Shown here: positions 19,907-29,482 of the stretch, piece by piece
How positions within the stretch are numbered: the stretch's first letter is position 1
Layout of the letters: each line of letters begins with the position of its first letter
NCBI GenBank assembly: GCA_963702425.1
Contig: CAVPCQ010000010.1
Span: forward strand, 32,001-96,000
Reading direction: 5' to 3'
Origin: an uncultured Acidobacteriota bacterium
GTDB taxonomy: Bacteria; Acidobacteriota; Polarisedimenticolia; J045
DNA length: 64,000 nt
Position numbers and translations under genes: made by a program
The notes under the pieces: model-generated
Seen by the model: only the letters and a program-made list of their open reading frames with translations
Databases searched by the model: none
Told to the model about the DNA's origin: nothing

Positions 19907-22651
19907 CTATCGGGCCGGCGTCTTCGCCTCGAGTTCCGCGTGCCAGTCGAGCACGACGTCGATGTGATCCTGCGAGCGGTCGGGGACGGACTGCTGGATC
20001 CGTAGGAAGCGGCGCCCGTCGGGCGACACGTCAAACGGCGTGTTGGCGTTGCTGCCCCGCCGGAACTGCCCTTCGAAGAGGACGCGGGGTTCCCCCCACG
20101 GGGCCCCTGGACCAGCCGGAGCGTCCATCGCCAGGAACTGGTTGCCGCTGACGAAGAACAGCTCGCGCCCGTCGCGCGACCAGCGCGGCTCCGAGCCGCC
20201 ACCGCTCGACAGCAGCTTGCTGGGACCGGGACCCGGGTACGGCTGGACGTAGAGCTCGTTCTGCCCCGATGCGGCGGAGACGGAGGCGAGCCAGCGGCCG
20301 TCGGGCGAGACCTGGGCTCCCGCCTGGGGCGATCCGGGCTGGCCCAGGGGCTGCGGCGTCCGGTCTCCCGAGAGCCGGATTTTCCAGATCGTGATCGCGC
20401 CCTTCGCCTCGCCGGCGACGTCGTGGAACACGAGCCACTGCCCGTCGGGAGAGACCGCAGTCGGGGTCTCCGTCACGCCCCGGCCGGCCGTCAGCGGCTG
20501 CTCGTCGCCGGTTCCGTCGGCCGCCTTCCAGTAGACGGTGCGGGTGCCCTTTCGCGTCGCCCGGTAGGCGACCCTGCTGCCGTCCGTGGTCCAGACCGGG
20601 GCCTGGCTGCTGCCGCCGGTCGTGACCAGCGGGGTCATGGTGTGGCGCGCGAAGTCGAAAATCCAGAGGCCGACCGTTCCTTCCGAGACTTGGACCACGG
20701 CCCGCTGGCCGTCCGGCGCGATCGCGACGGCCTCGTAGTCCCGCTCCGGGAACGGCAGGGGCTCCACCTTCCCGTCCCGATCGACCCAGACCAGACGATA
20801 CGAATAGCGCGTCGGCCCGCCCTCCAGGTACGCGAGCGTCCCGCCGTCCGACACCGCGTACGCAGCCGCGCCCTCGTTCTCCAGGCGCGGGTACTCCGAG
20901 AGCGTCACGGGTGCGGCGCTCCCGACGTCGGGCTGACCCGGGTGCCAGGGGACCGCATACAGCGAATCCTGCCGGGCGTAGAGCAGGAAGCCGGAGGGCA
21001 GGTAGCACGGCGTGTCTCCGCCCGGAACGAGGACGTGCCGCTCGCCGGTCTCGAGCGACTGCACCACGATCTGGCGCTCGTCCTTTCCCGGGCCGGTCCA
21101 GATCGTGAAGAGCAGCATCCGCGCGTCCGGCAGGACGTGCGGCCAGCGGTGGCTGATCTCGCCCTTTGCGCGATCGACGCGGGTCAGCTCCTTCGGCGTC
21201 CCGCCGGAGGCCGGGACGACCGACAGCCCGGAGCTGTTGCTGGGCGCGAAGTAGATGTTGCCGTCGCTGCCCCAGCTGCCCCCGCGCGATTCGGCGGCGT
21301 TGTCGCAGATCACCTGCAGCCCCGCGCCGCCGACCGCGACCCGCTTCAGCGCGCCCTGCGCGAAGAACGCGATCCACTGCCCGTCGGGTGAGAAGAACGG
21401 CGTGGCGGCCCCCTCGGTGCCGGCCACCGCGACCGGCTCGCGTTCGGAGAGGTTGCGCAGGAAGAGCTGGCGCTTTCCCTCGCGGAGGCCGACGTACGCG
21501 AGCAGCCGGCCGTCGGGCGAGAGGGCCAGCGGCAGCCGGTTGGTCTCGGTCAGGAGGTCCCCTTCCGGCAGCACGATCGAGAGCCGGGTGACCTCGCCCG
21601 CGCCGCCCGCACCCGCAGCCGCCCGATGGGACGGGCCGGCCCCGCTGCGCCGCCCCACGGCCCACGCGCCGACGCAGGCCGCGAGCAGCAGCAGCGTCAC
21701 CAGCCCCGCCCACTTCCACGAGGTCTTCCGGTTCTCCGGCGCGAAGGGTGCGGTGAAGGCCACCGAGTTCTCGGAAGCGCTCGACACGTTCTCGAGCGCA
21801 AAGGCGACGTCGTGGGCCGAGCGGAAGCGCTGGTCGGGGCTCTTCTCCAGGCAGTGGTGCACGATCCGCTCGAGGCCCGCGGGAATCGACCGGCCCGTCG
21901 TCGTCTCGAGCTCCGGCGGGTCGTCGCGCAGGATCGCCGCCAGCGTCTCGGTGGCGCTGCCCCGCGCGAAGGCGCGCGTCCCCGTCAGCATCTCGAACAG
22001 GACCGCGCCGAACGAGAACAGGTCGCTCCGCGCGTCGACGCTCTCGCCGCGCACCTGCTCCGGGCTCATGTAGCCGACCGTACCGAGAATCGTCCCGCGC
22101 TCGGTCGAGCCCGCCTCGCTCGAGGGGAGCACCTCGGTCTCCAGCAGCGAGTTCGGCGCGGACTCCTGGCGCAGGAGCTGCTTGGCGAGCCCGAAGTCGA
22201 GGATCTTGAGCCGTCCGTCCTTCGTCACCCAGAGGTTGTCCGGCTTGAGGTCGCGGTGGACGACCCCCTTCTCGTGCGCCGCCGCGAGGCCCCGCGCCGC
22301 CTGGACCGCCAACTCGATCGCTTTGCGCGGCGGAAGCGGTCCCTGCTCCAGGCGGATCCGCAGGCTCTCCCCCTCCAGCAGCTCCATCACCGCGTAGACG
22401 ACGCCGTCCTGCGTGCCGATGTCGTGGAGGGCCATGATGTTCGGGTGGTTCAGCGCGGCCACCGCCCGTGCTTCACGCTCGAAGCGGGCGAGCAGCTCGG
22501 CGTCCTTCGACAGCCGCGCGGGGAGCACCTTCACCGCGACGAAGCGGTCGAGCCGCGTGTCCTTCGCCTTCCAGACCTCGCCCATCCCGCCCGCGCCGAG
22601 CGGCGAAACGATCTCGTAAGGGCCGAGCTTCGTGCCGGGGACGAGGGTCAT
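19907..22651 (-). CDS. Hanks-type Ser/Thr kinase with a TM helix and C-terminal TolB/PD40 beta-propeller
   Basis: LGAGGMGEV, VAVK, HRDLKPDN, DFG, YMSPEQ; repeated SPDG motifs; RBS before MTLVPGTKLGPY. Confidence 0.94.
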   Translation of the reverse strand: MTLVPGTKLGPYEIVSPLGAGGMGEVWKAKDTRLDRFVAVKVLPARLSKDAELLARFEREARAVAALNHPNIMALHDIGTQDGVVYAVMELLEGESLRIRLEQGPLPPRKAIELAVQAARGLAAAHEKGVVHRDLKPDNLWVTKDGRLKILDFGLAKQLLRQESAPNSLLETEVLPSSEAGSTERGTILGTVGYMSPEQVRGESVDARSDLFSFGAVLFEMLTGTRAFARGSATETLAAILRDDPPELETTTGRSIPAGLERIVHHCLEKSPDQRFRSAHDVAFALENVSSASENSVAFTAPFAPENRKTSWKWAGLVTLLLLAACVGAWAVGRRSGAGPSHRAAAGAGGAGEVTRLSIVLPEGDLLTETNRLPLALSPDGRLLAYVGLREGKRQLFLRNLSEREPVAVAGTEGAATPFFSPDGQWIAFFAQGALKRVAVGGAGLQVICDNAAESRGGSWGSDGNIYFAPSNSSGLSVVPASGGTPKELTRVDRAKGEISHRWPHVLPDARMLLFTIWTGPGKDERQIVVQSLETGERHVLVPGGDTPCYLPSGFLLYARQDSLYAVPWHPGQPDVGSAAPVTLSEYPRLENEGAAAYAVSDGGTLAYLEGGPTRYSYRLVWVDRDGKVEPLPFPERDYEAVAIAPDGQRAVVQVSEGTVGLWIFDFARHTMTPLVTTGGSSQAPVWTTDGSRVAYRATRKGTRTVYWKAADGTGDEQPLTAGRGVTETPTAVSPDGQWLVFHDVAGEAKGAITIWKIRLSGDRTPQPLGQPGSPQAGAQVSPDGRWLASVSAASGQNELYVQPYPGPGPSKLLSSGGGSEPRWSRDGRELFFVSGNQFLAMDAPAGPGAPWGEPRVLFEGQFRRGSNANTPFDVSPDGRRFLRIQQSVPDRSQDHIDVVLDWHAELEAKTPAR

Positions 22652-22825
22652 CCGTGCTCCGTCCTGCGCGGCGGGCCGGACCCGCTCCGCCGGGTCGGTG
22701 AGATTAGCACCGGTCCGCGCGTCCGGGTGTACGATGGCTCCGGTTGCCACTGCGGGACGGATTGCGCCACACGACCCGGTCGCGCCAACCCCCGCGCGCT
22801 ACGCTCCCCCGGAGGAGTGTCCCCG

Positions 22826-23392
22826 ATGTCGGAACCGGGCCGCCAGCGTCTGCTGACCTACGCGGACTACGCCGCACTTCCCGACGACGGGCATCGCTAC
22901 CAGCTCCTCGAGGGGGAACTGGTCATGACGCCGTCGCCCAACCGGTGGCACCAGCAGGTTTCGGCGAAGCTCCTCTCCGAGCTGTTGATCCACGCGGAGA
23001 AGCTCGGGCTTGGCGTCGTCTTCGCCGCCCCCCTCGACGTCACGCTGGACGACGGCAACGTGGTCCAGCCGGACATTCTCTTCGTTTCGAAGGAGCGGTC
23101 CGGGATCCTGCAGGGCGGGCGCGTGATCGGTGCTCCCGATCTCTGCATCGAGATCCTCTCGCCCGGCAGCGAGCGCCTCGACCGGGTGCGCAAGCTGGAG
23201 CTTTACGCGCGCTTCGATGTCACGAACTACTGGATCGTCGACCTCGGCGCGCGAACGATCGAGGAGTACGTCCTTGCCGGCGACGTCTACCGGGCGCGGA
23301 GCATCGCCGCTTACGACGGACCGTTCCGGCCCGCGGCGCTTCCCGGCTTCGAGTTCCGTCTGAACGTGGTGCCGCTGCCGGACGGGTCCTGA
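22826..23392 (+). CDS. Uma2 family (PD-(D/E)xK) endonuclease-like protein
   Basis: LTYADYAALPDDG.RYQLLEG, VQPDILF, APDLCIEILSP, YWIVD. Confidence 0.92.
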   Translation: MSEPGRQRLLTYADYAALPDDGHRYQLLEGELVMTPSPNRWHQQVSAKLLSELLIHAEKLGLGVVFAAPLDVTLDDGNVVQPDILFVSKERSGILQGGRVIGAPDLCIEILSPGSERLDRVRKLELYARFDVTNYWIVDLGARTIEEYVLAGDVYRARSIAAYDGPFRPAALPGFEFRLNVVPLPDGS

Positions 23393-23435
23393 CGCGGCCC
23401 TTCCCGCACGAGCGGCCCGCCGGTTCACGCCGGGC

Positions 23436-23461
23436 GGGCCGGCACGGAGGCCGGCCCCTAC
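23436..23461 (-). repeat. Single GTAG REP overlapping the VOC gene stop codon
   Basis: Reverse complement is GTAGGGGCCGGCCTCCGTGCCGGCCC; its TAG is the stop at 23460-23458. Confidence 0.9.
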
Positions 23462-23838
23462 ACCTGGTAGAGCGCGAGGGCGGCGCCGGCCGGGTCGCGG
23501 ACGATCGCGGCGCGGCCTTCGCCCAGCTCGAACGGCGGCTTGACGACCGTCCCGCCGCGGGCGAGACACGCCGCGACGCTGGCCTCGAGGTCGGGGACCG
23601 TGACGTAGATCAGCCAGACCGCCGGGAGGTCGGCGTTCTCGCCCCGCGCGTGGCAGACACCGGCGACGGTCGTCCCGTCCGCGGGACGGTTCATGCAGAA
23701 GTCGGAATAGCCGCCCATGTCGACCTCGGTCACGGTCCAGCCGACGACCGCGCGGTAGAAGTCGCGCACCTCCGTCGCGTTCGCCACCGTGAGATCCGTC
23801 CATGCGATCGATCCGGGATGCTGCGTTTCGTCGGCCAA
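23458..23838 (-). CDS. VOC/glyoxalase family protein
   Basis: TTG start after GAGGAGG; PGSIAWTDLTV..RDFY..VVGW, WLIYVTV.DL, IVRDPAGA. Confidence 0.88.
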   Translation of the reverse strand: MADETQHPGSIAWTDLTVANATEVRDFYRAVVGWTVTEVDMGGYSDFCMNRPADGTTVAGVCHARGENADLPAVWLIYVTVPDLEASVAACLARGGTVVKPPFELGEGRAAIVRDPAGAALALYQV

Positions 23839-23889
23839 GGACCCTCCTCGCCGCCGCGTGCTAGGATCGCGCGCTCCGGCGGCCCGCTG

Positions 23890-26800
23890 ATGGAATCGTT
23901 TCTCGACAGCCTCGTCAAGGATACGCGCATCGGACCGTACGCGGTCTACCGCGGCGTCGCGCCGGCGCGCCCGGCGCGCTGGGCCGAGCCGGCGGTGGCC
24001 TGGCCCGCGGGCGCGCGCGAGGCGCTCGACGCGCTCGGCATCGACCGGCTCTACGCCCACCAGGCCGAGGCGCTCGAGCGCGCCGTGCGCGGCGAGAACG
24101 TCCTGCTGGCCACGCCGACCGCGTCGGGGAAGACGCTCGCCTATCTGCTGGCCTTCCTCGCCGCGCGCCAGCAGGACAGCGGCGCGCGGGCGATCTTCCT
24201 CTACCCGCTCAAGGCGCTGGCCCGCGACCAGCTCGCCGTCGTGCGGCGCGTCCTGTCGGCGCTCGGCTGCTCCGCCGCCGAGGCGGCCGAGGTCTACGAC
24301 GGCGACACGCCCGAGGCCCTGCGCCGCCGGATCCGCCGCGCGCCGCCGGCGGTGATCCTGACCAACCCCGACATGCTGCACCTGGGGATCCTGCCGTCGC
24401 ACGACACATGGGGCGGGTTCCTCGCGCAGCTCGGGCTGGTCGTGGTCGACGAGGCGCACGTCTACCGCGGGATCTTCGGCGCCCACGTCCACCACACGCT
24501 GCGGCGCCTGCTGCGGCTGGCGCGGCACCACGGGGCGCGGCCCCTGGTGATGGCCGGCTCGGCGACGATCGGCGAGCCGCAGGCCTTCGTCGAGACGCTG
24601 ACGGGGGAGCCCTTCGCGGCGATCCGCGACTCCGGCGCCCCGGCCGCGCTGCGCCACGTGCTGTTCCTCGACCCGCGCGGCGAGAGCCCGTACACGATCG
24701 CCACCCGCGTCGTCGGCGAGGCGGTCGCAGCCGGGCACAAGACGATCGCCTTCACCAAGGCCCGCCGGATCACCGAGCTGATGCACCAGTGGCTGCGCCA
24801 GCAGCGGCCCGAGCTGATGCAGCGGATCGCCTCCTACCGCTCGGGCTATCTGCCCGAGGAGCGGCGCGAGATCGAGCGGCGGCTGTTCGCGGGCGAGTTG
24901 ACCGGCGTGATCAGCACCTCGGCGCTGGAGGCCGGGATCGACGTCGGCGGCCTCGACGTCTGCGTGCTGGTCGGCTACCCGGGCTCGCTGGCCAACGCCT
25001 GGCAGCGGATCGGGCGCACCGGGCGGCAGGACCGCGAGTCGCTGGCGGTGCTGATCGCGCTACCCGACGCGCTCGACCACTACGTCACGCGCCACCCGGA
25101 GCATTTCTTCAGCGGCGAGTTCGAGCGCGTCGTGCTCGACCCGGACAACGACTCGATCGCGGACGCGCACCTGGAGGCCGCGGCGGCCGAGCGCTCGATC
25201 GACCCCGCGGACGTGATCCAGCTCCAGGGCGAGCACGGGATGGAGCGCGTTCAGCGCCTGGTCGCGGCCGGGAAGCTGGTCGAGGTCGAGGGGGACGAGC
25301 GCTGGTTCGCGCTGCGCCGCCAGCCGCAGCGGGATATCGCGCTGCGCAGCGCCGGGACCGCCTACGCGCTGAAGCTGCGCGATGGCCGCGAGATCGGCTC
25401 GATGGACGAAGCGCGCGCCTGGTTCGAGGGGCATCCGGGGGCGATCTACCTGCACGCCGGCCAGACCTACCGCGCGCTGTCGCTCGAGCGCGAGACGCGG
25501 ACGATCACGCTCGAGCCGGCCGAAGTCGACTACTTCACCCAGGTCTACGCGCGGAAGGAAACCGAGATCCTCGAGACCTTCGAGGAGCGACCGATCGGCG
25601 CTGGCCGGCTGGCGTGGGGCCGCGTGCGCGTCACGACCTTCATCGAGGGCTACGGCAAGCGCCGGCTGTTCGGGCAGGAAGAGATCAGCCGCCACCCGCT
25701 CGATGCGCCGCCGCAGGTGCTGGAGACGGTCTCGTTCTGGGTCGTCTTCCCCGAGGAGCTGCTGCCGCACCTGGTGGCCGACGAGTACCACCCGGCGGGA
25801 TCGCTGCACGCCGCCGAACACGCCTCGATTGGCCTCTTCCCGCTGCTCGCGATCTGCGACCGCTGGGACCTCGGCGGGATCTCCTACGCACACCACCCGC
25901 AGTTCGATCGGCCGGCGGTCTTCGTCTACGACGGTTGGCCGGGGGGCGTCGGCCTGGCGCGCACCGGCTTCGCGCGTGCCGAGGAGCTGTTCGCGCGGAC
26001 CCGCGCGCTGATCGCGGCCTGCCCGTGCGAGGACGGCTGCCCGGCCTGCGTCCACTCGCCCAAGTGCGGCTCGGGCAACACCCCGCTCGACAAGCTGGGC
26101 GCGCTCGTCGTGCTCGGCGTGACGACGGGCGAGGTCGTGCCGGTCGCGGCCCCGCTGCCGGACGGCGCGCTGGCCTCGTCGCTGGCGACGCATCGCACGA
26201 AGGCCCACGCCGGCGTGCGCGGCGGCGGCGCGCTTCCGGACGACTTCTTTGCTGCGCCGACCGACGCCGATGGCGACCCTGCTCCCGCCGATCCGGACGC
26301 CCGTAGGGGCCGGCCTCTGTGCCGGCCCGAACAGGCCGCCGGCGACGGTGCCATCGGTGACTTCGGGCCGGCACAGAGGCCGGCCCCTACGGTTCGCGAG
26401 GAATGGCCCGATGGTCTGCCGCTGCCTTCGGATCTGCTGCGCCCCGAGGACGGCCGCTGGCTCTTCTTCGACCTCGAAACGCTGCGCGGGGCGGACGAGG
26501 TCGGTGGCTGGGACCGGATCCGCGACATGGGCCTGGCGCTCGCGGTGACGCTCGACACGACGACCGGGCTCTTCACCACGTGGTTCGAACACGACGCCGG
26601 CGCGCTCGCGGACCTGCTCCTCGCTGCCGACCGCGTCGTCGGGTTCAATCTCGACCGCTTCGACCTCACGGTCCTCGAAGCCTACGCCGGCCCGCGCATC
26701 CGGCAGGTCCGGAGCCTCGACCTTCTGACGCTGCTCCACCAGCGCCTGGGGTTCCGCGTCAGCCTCGGCCACCTCGCGCAGGAGACGCTGGGCGCGCCGA

Positions 26801-26982
26801 AGCTGGCCGACGGGCTGCAGTCGCTGGCCTGGGTCCGGGAGGGTCGGCTCGACCTGGTCGAGCCCTATTGCCGCGCCGACGTCCGGCTCACCGCGGCGCT
26901 CTGGGCCCACGGCCGCGCGCGCGGGCACGTGCTGTTCCGGAACCGCGAAGGGCTGCGGGGAAGGGTTCCGGTCGCCTGGTGA
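23890..26982 (+). CDS. DEAH-box helicase with DUF1998 Zn domain (MrfA/YprA/Hrq1-like) fused to a C-terminal RNase H-like (DEDD) exonuclease domain
   Basis: TPTASGKT, DEAH, SAT, QRIGRTGR, CPCEDGCPAC; C-terminal FFDLET...GFNLDRFDL...YCRADV. Confidence 0.92.
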   Translation: MESFLDSLVKDTRIGPYAVYRGVAPARPARWAEPAVAWPAGAREALDALGIDRLYAHQAEALERAVRGENVLLATPTASGKTLAYLLAFLAARQQDSGARAIFLYPLKALARDQLAVVRRVLSALGCSAAEAAEVYDGDTPEALRRRIRRAPPAVILTNPDMLHLGILPSHDTWGGFLAQLGLVVVDEAHVYRGIFGAHVHHTLRRLLRLARHHGARPLVMAGSATIGEPQAFVETLTGEPFAAIRDSGAPAALRHVLFLDPRGESPYTIATRVVGEAVAAGHKTIAFTKARRITELMHQWLRQQRPELMQRIASYRSGYLPEERREIERRLFAGELTGVISTSALEAGIDVGGLDVCVLVGYPGSLANAWQRIGRTGRQDRESLAVLIALPDALDHYVTRHPEHFFSGEFERVVLDPDNDSIADAHLEAAAAERSIDPADVIQLQGEHGMERVQRLVAAGKLVEVEGDERWFALRRQPQRDIALRSAGTAYALKLRDGREIGSMDEARAWFEGHPGAIYLHAGQTYRALSLERETRTITLEPAEVDYFTQVYARKETEILETFEERPIGAGRLAWGRVRVTTFIEGYGKRRLFGQEEISRHPLDAPPQVLETVSFWVVFPEELLPHLVADEYHPAGSLHAAEHASIGLFPLLAICDRWDLGGISYAHHPQFDRPAVFVYDGWPGGVGLARTGFARAEELFARTRALIAACPCEDGCPACVHSPKCGSGNTPLDKLGALVVLGVTTGEVVPVAAPLPDGALASSLATHRTKAHAGVRGGGALPDDFFAAPTDADGDPAPADPDARRGRPLCRPEQAAGDGAIGDFGPAQRPAPTVREEWPDGLPLPSDLLRPEDGRWLFFDLETLRGADEVGGWDRIRDMGLALAVTLDTTTGLFTTWFEHDAGALADLLLAADRVVGFNLDRFDLTVLEAYAGPRIRQVRSLDLLTLLHQRLGFRVSLGHLAQETLGAPKLADGLQSLAWVREGRLDLVEPYCRADVRLTAALWAHGRARGHVLFRNREGLRGRVPVAW
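26301..26392. repeat. Inverted REP pair (REPIN-like) inside the helicase CDS
   Basis: REP at +26303-26328 and -26365-26390, with flanks extending the hairpin (CCGTAG...CTACGG). Confidence 0.9.
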
Positions 26983-27055
26983 GAGGCGGAACGGCCCCGG
27001 CGGCGGGCCCCGCGATCCCGTGCCATCATGGGGAACGATCGCGGGAGGTGGGGAA

Positions 27056-27391
27056 GTGCTCGTGAGTCACCAGTTGCGGGGAAAAGTCTGCGTGGTCGAG
27101 CTGCACGGCGACGTTCGCGTCGGTCCCGCCGACCGGGCATTCCGCGACGGGATCAAGGACCTGATCGCGAAGGGGCAGAAGCACATCGTCGTCGATTTCG
27201 CGGGCGTCCAGTTCATCGACAGCACCGGCCTGGGCGACCTCGCCGGGCTGCGGGCCACCGCGGTGAAGGCCGGCGGCAACGTCAAGCTGTCGGGATTGAG
27301 CAAGCGGCTCCTCGAGCTGCTGGTCCTGACCCGAATGGACCTCGTGTTCGAGATCTTTCCCAGCGCGGACGAGGCCGTCGCGTCGTACTGA
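27056..27391 (+). CDS. STAS domain anti-anti-sigma factor
   Basis: VVDFAGVQFIDSTGLG (DS.G phospho-Ser motif), GGNVKL. Confidence 0.92.
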   Translation: MLVSHQLRGKVCVVELHGDVRVGPADRAFRDGIKDLIAKGQKHIVVDFAGVQFIDSTGLGDLAGLRATAVKAGGNVKLSGLSKRLLELLVLTRMDLVFEIFPSADEAVASY

Positions 27392-27594
27392 CGGGGACGG
27401 CGGCGCTAGCGGGGCGAAGGGCCTCGCGCCCCGCAACCCGGCGCCGGCGCGGCCTCATCCGGCTTCGGGACTGCCGCCCCTTCGGGGCCCGTCCCCCCGG
27501 GGTGACGATTCGGCCCCCCCCCGGTAGACTTCTCCGTTTCCCGCCCCCCGGGGGGCCGATCCGAGGCACCCATGCCCAAGCTGAGCCGCCGCCC

Positions 27595-28338
27595 GTGAAG
27601 CGACACCGAGCCTCTGCCGCGCCGACCGGCGCGCGCTGCGCGGCGCTCGCCCTGGCGGCGCTGGCTGCCGCGGCCTGTGGCGGCGGCGCGCCGTCGGAGG
27701 AGAAGCCCCCGGCCGACGTCGTCTTCGCGTCGCAGGAGGCCGTCCTCGAGAGCCGGACCGAGAAGGACGCCACCTTCAAGACCGATGCCGACAGCCCGAT
27801 CCCGGAGGAGATGCGCGCCTCGTTCGCGGCACTCGAGTACTTCCCGTACGACCCCGCGCTGCGCTTCACCGCCAAGCTGCGCCGCTACCCCCACCCGCCG
27901 CCGATCAAGATCATCACCACGTCGGGGAAGGAGCGGCCGGCGGTGAAGGCCGGCTACCTCGAGTTCACGCACGAAGGGAAGCGGCACCGGCTGCAGGTCT
28001 ACAGCCTGCGCGACAAGGACATCCCGCCGGAGCAGTGGGGCAACCTGTTCCTGCCGTTCCTCGACGCGACGTCCGGCCAGCAGACCTACGGCGCCGGACG
28101 GTACCTCGACCTCGACGCCCGGCCGGACGACTGGTACGTGATCGATTTCAACCTCGCCTACCATCCCCTGTGCGCGTACGGCCGGACGATCTATCGCTGC
28201 CCGCGCACCCCGGATGAGAATCGCCTGCCGTTCCCGGTGCGCGCCGGGGAAAAGGGCTGGGCGGACCACGGGTCCGCCGTCGTCGCCCCCGTGGCGGCGG
28301 CCGGCGCGCCCCCCGAGACGGACAAGAAAGGACACTGA
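27595..28338 (+). CDS. DUF1684 family lipoprotein (start approximate)
   Basis: Lipobox-like LAAAAC; LFLPFLDATSG..TYGAGRYLD, IDFNLAYHPLCAY. Confidence 0.85.
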   Translation: MKRHRASAAPTGARCAALALAALAAAACGGGAPSEEKPPADVVFASQEAVLESRTEKDATFKTDADSPIPEEMRASFAALEYFPYDPALRFTAKLRRYPHPPPIKIITTSGKERPAVKAGYLEFTHEGKRHRLQVYSLRDKDIPPEQWGNLFLPFLDATSGQQTYGAGRYLDLDARPDDWYVIDFNLAYHPLCAYGRTIYRCPRTPDENRLPFPVRAGEKGWADHGSAVVAPVAAAGAPPETDKKGH

Positions 28339-28341
28339 GCC

Positions 28342-28869
28342 ATGATCCCCGACAAGATCTTCGTGGTGGGCTTCATCGGGTCACGCACCCGGGAGATCGC
28401 CCAGGTGCTGGCGGAACGCGTCGATCGCCCGCATTTCGACACCGACCAGGTGGTCGAGGCGTCGGCGCGCATGTCGCTCGCCGAGCTGTTCCGCAACGAG
28501 GGCGAGAGCGGCTACCGGCAGCGGGAGCGGCGCGCCGTCGTGTCGGTCTCCACCGGCCCGCCGGCGATCATCTCGACCGGCCACCGAAGCTTCGTGGACC
28601 GCGGCAATCGGCGCACGATGCAACAGTTCGGCGTGGCGGTCTTCGTCGACGCGACGCTCGAGGAGTGCCTGAAAGACGCGCTCGATCACGGCCTGCTGCG
28701 GATCGACGATCCGAACAACGAGCGCTTCTCCACGCTCTACGAGGCCCAGCGCTACGAATACGAGGCGGCCGACGTGATCGTCGAGCCGATGGGGCGCGAC
28801 CCCGAGACCGTCGCCGACGAGATCATGCAGCGCCTCGAGGACCGTGTCTGGTCCGAGAAGCTGACCTGA
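28342..28869 (+). CDS. Shikimate kinase-like protein with a degenerate P-loop
   Basis: IFVVGFIGS, FDTD, ELF..EGE..YRQRE match AroK, but Walker A GKS/T reads RTR and GGG reads GHR. Confidence 0.78.
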   Translation: MIPDKIFVVGFIGSRTREIAQVLAERVDRPHFDTDQVVEASARMSLAELFRNEGESGYRQRERRAVVSVSTGPPAIISTGHRSFVDRGNRRTMQQFGVAVFVDATLEECLKDALDHGLLRIDDPNNERFSTLYEAQRYEYEAADVIVEPMGRDPETVADEIMQRLEDRVWSEKLT

Positions 28870-28878
28870 GGCCCGCTG

Positions 28879-29415
28879 ATGAGCGAACTGAACAACGCTC
28901 GGGGACTCGGGTTCGGACGCGTCCTCGGCGCGCTGTCCGGCGTGACCGGCATCGCGCTGCTCGCCGCGGTCGTCTCGGCCCAGTTGTCGCAGGACCTGGC
29001 GCGGCGGTTGCCGGTCTTCCCGTTCTTCGACCGGATCGCGCGCTTCCACACGCCCCCCGCTGCGGTGGCGGCACTGACGGTGGCGGGATTGCTGCTGGTC
29101 GTCGCCGCGTGGGGCCTGTTCTCGCGGCGGCGCTTCGTGACCTGGTTCTTCCCCGCGGCGGGGTGGATCGGGTTCCTCGTCACGCTGGCTGCGGCCTGGC
29201 CCCGGGAGCACCTCTGGAACCTGCTCGACTTCGGCTTGAAGACGGCGCAGAAAGCCGGGCGGGTGCCGGACACCGCGACCGTCTACGACCTGCTGCGGGC
29301 CACGGTGCCGGGGTGGGTCTGGCCGACGCTCATCCTGGCGCTCGTGGCGTGGGTTCTGCTGCTGGTCGCGGGGACGGTCTACCTGCGCCGGAACAGGGAT
29401 CTCTACCCGAGGTGA
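28879..29415 (+). CDS. Hypothetical membrane protein (about 4 TM)
   Basis: Hydrophobic segments; operonic spacing after the AroK-like gene. Confidence 0.65.
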   Translation: MSELNNARGLGFGRVLGALSGVTGIALLAAVVSAQLSQDLARRLPVFPFFDRIARFHTPPAAVAALTVAGLLLVVAAWGLFSRRRFVTWFFPAAGWIGFLVTLAAAWPREHLWNLLDFGLKTAQKAGRVPDTATVYDLLRATVPGWVWPTLILALVAWVLLLVAGTVYLRRNRDLYPR

Positions 29416-29439
29416 CGCGGCGGCAGGGCGCTGTATAAT
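29412..29439 (+). promoter_or_regulatory. Possible sigma-70 promoter for the 29483 gene
   Basis: Perfect TATAAT at 29434-29439 in very GC-rich DNA; GTGACG 16 nt upstream. Confidence 0.4.
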
Positions 29440-29482
29440 TCCACCGGCGTCCTAAGTAAGTCGCGCCCCGGGAGGAGTACCC

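Noticed and set aside
19907-22651. Kinase-TolB propeller fusion as a novelty
   Set aside because: A common, expanded architecture in Acidobacteriota-like genomes.
22826-26982. Uma2 nuclease plus DUF1998 helicase as a DISARM/Druantia-like defence system
   Set aside because: No methylase, PLD nuclease or second helicase is present, the two genes are separated by an opposite-strand VOC gene, and the helicase matches the MrfA repair type.
27510-27560. C-run/G-run inverted repeat upstream of the DUF1684 gene as a riboswitch or ncRNA
   Set aside because: Low-complexity pairing in GC-rich DNA with no recognisable RNA family features.
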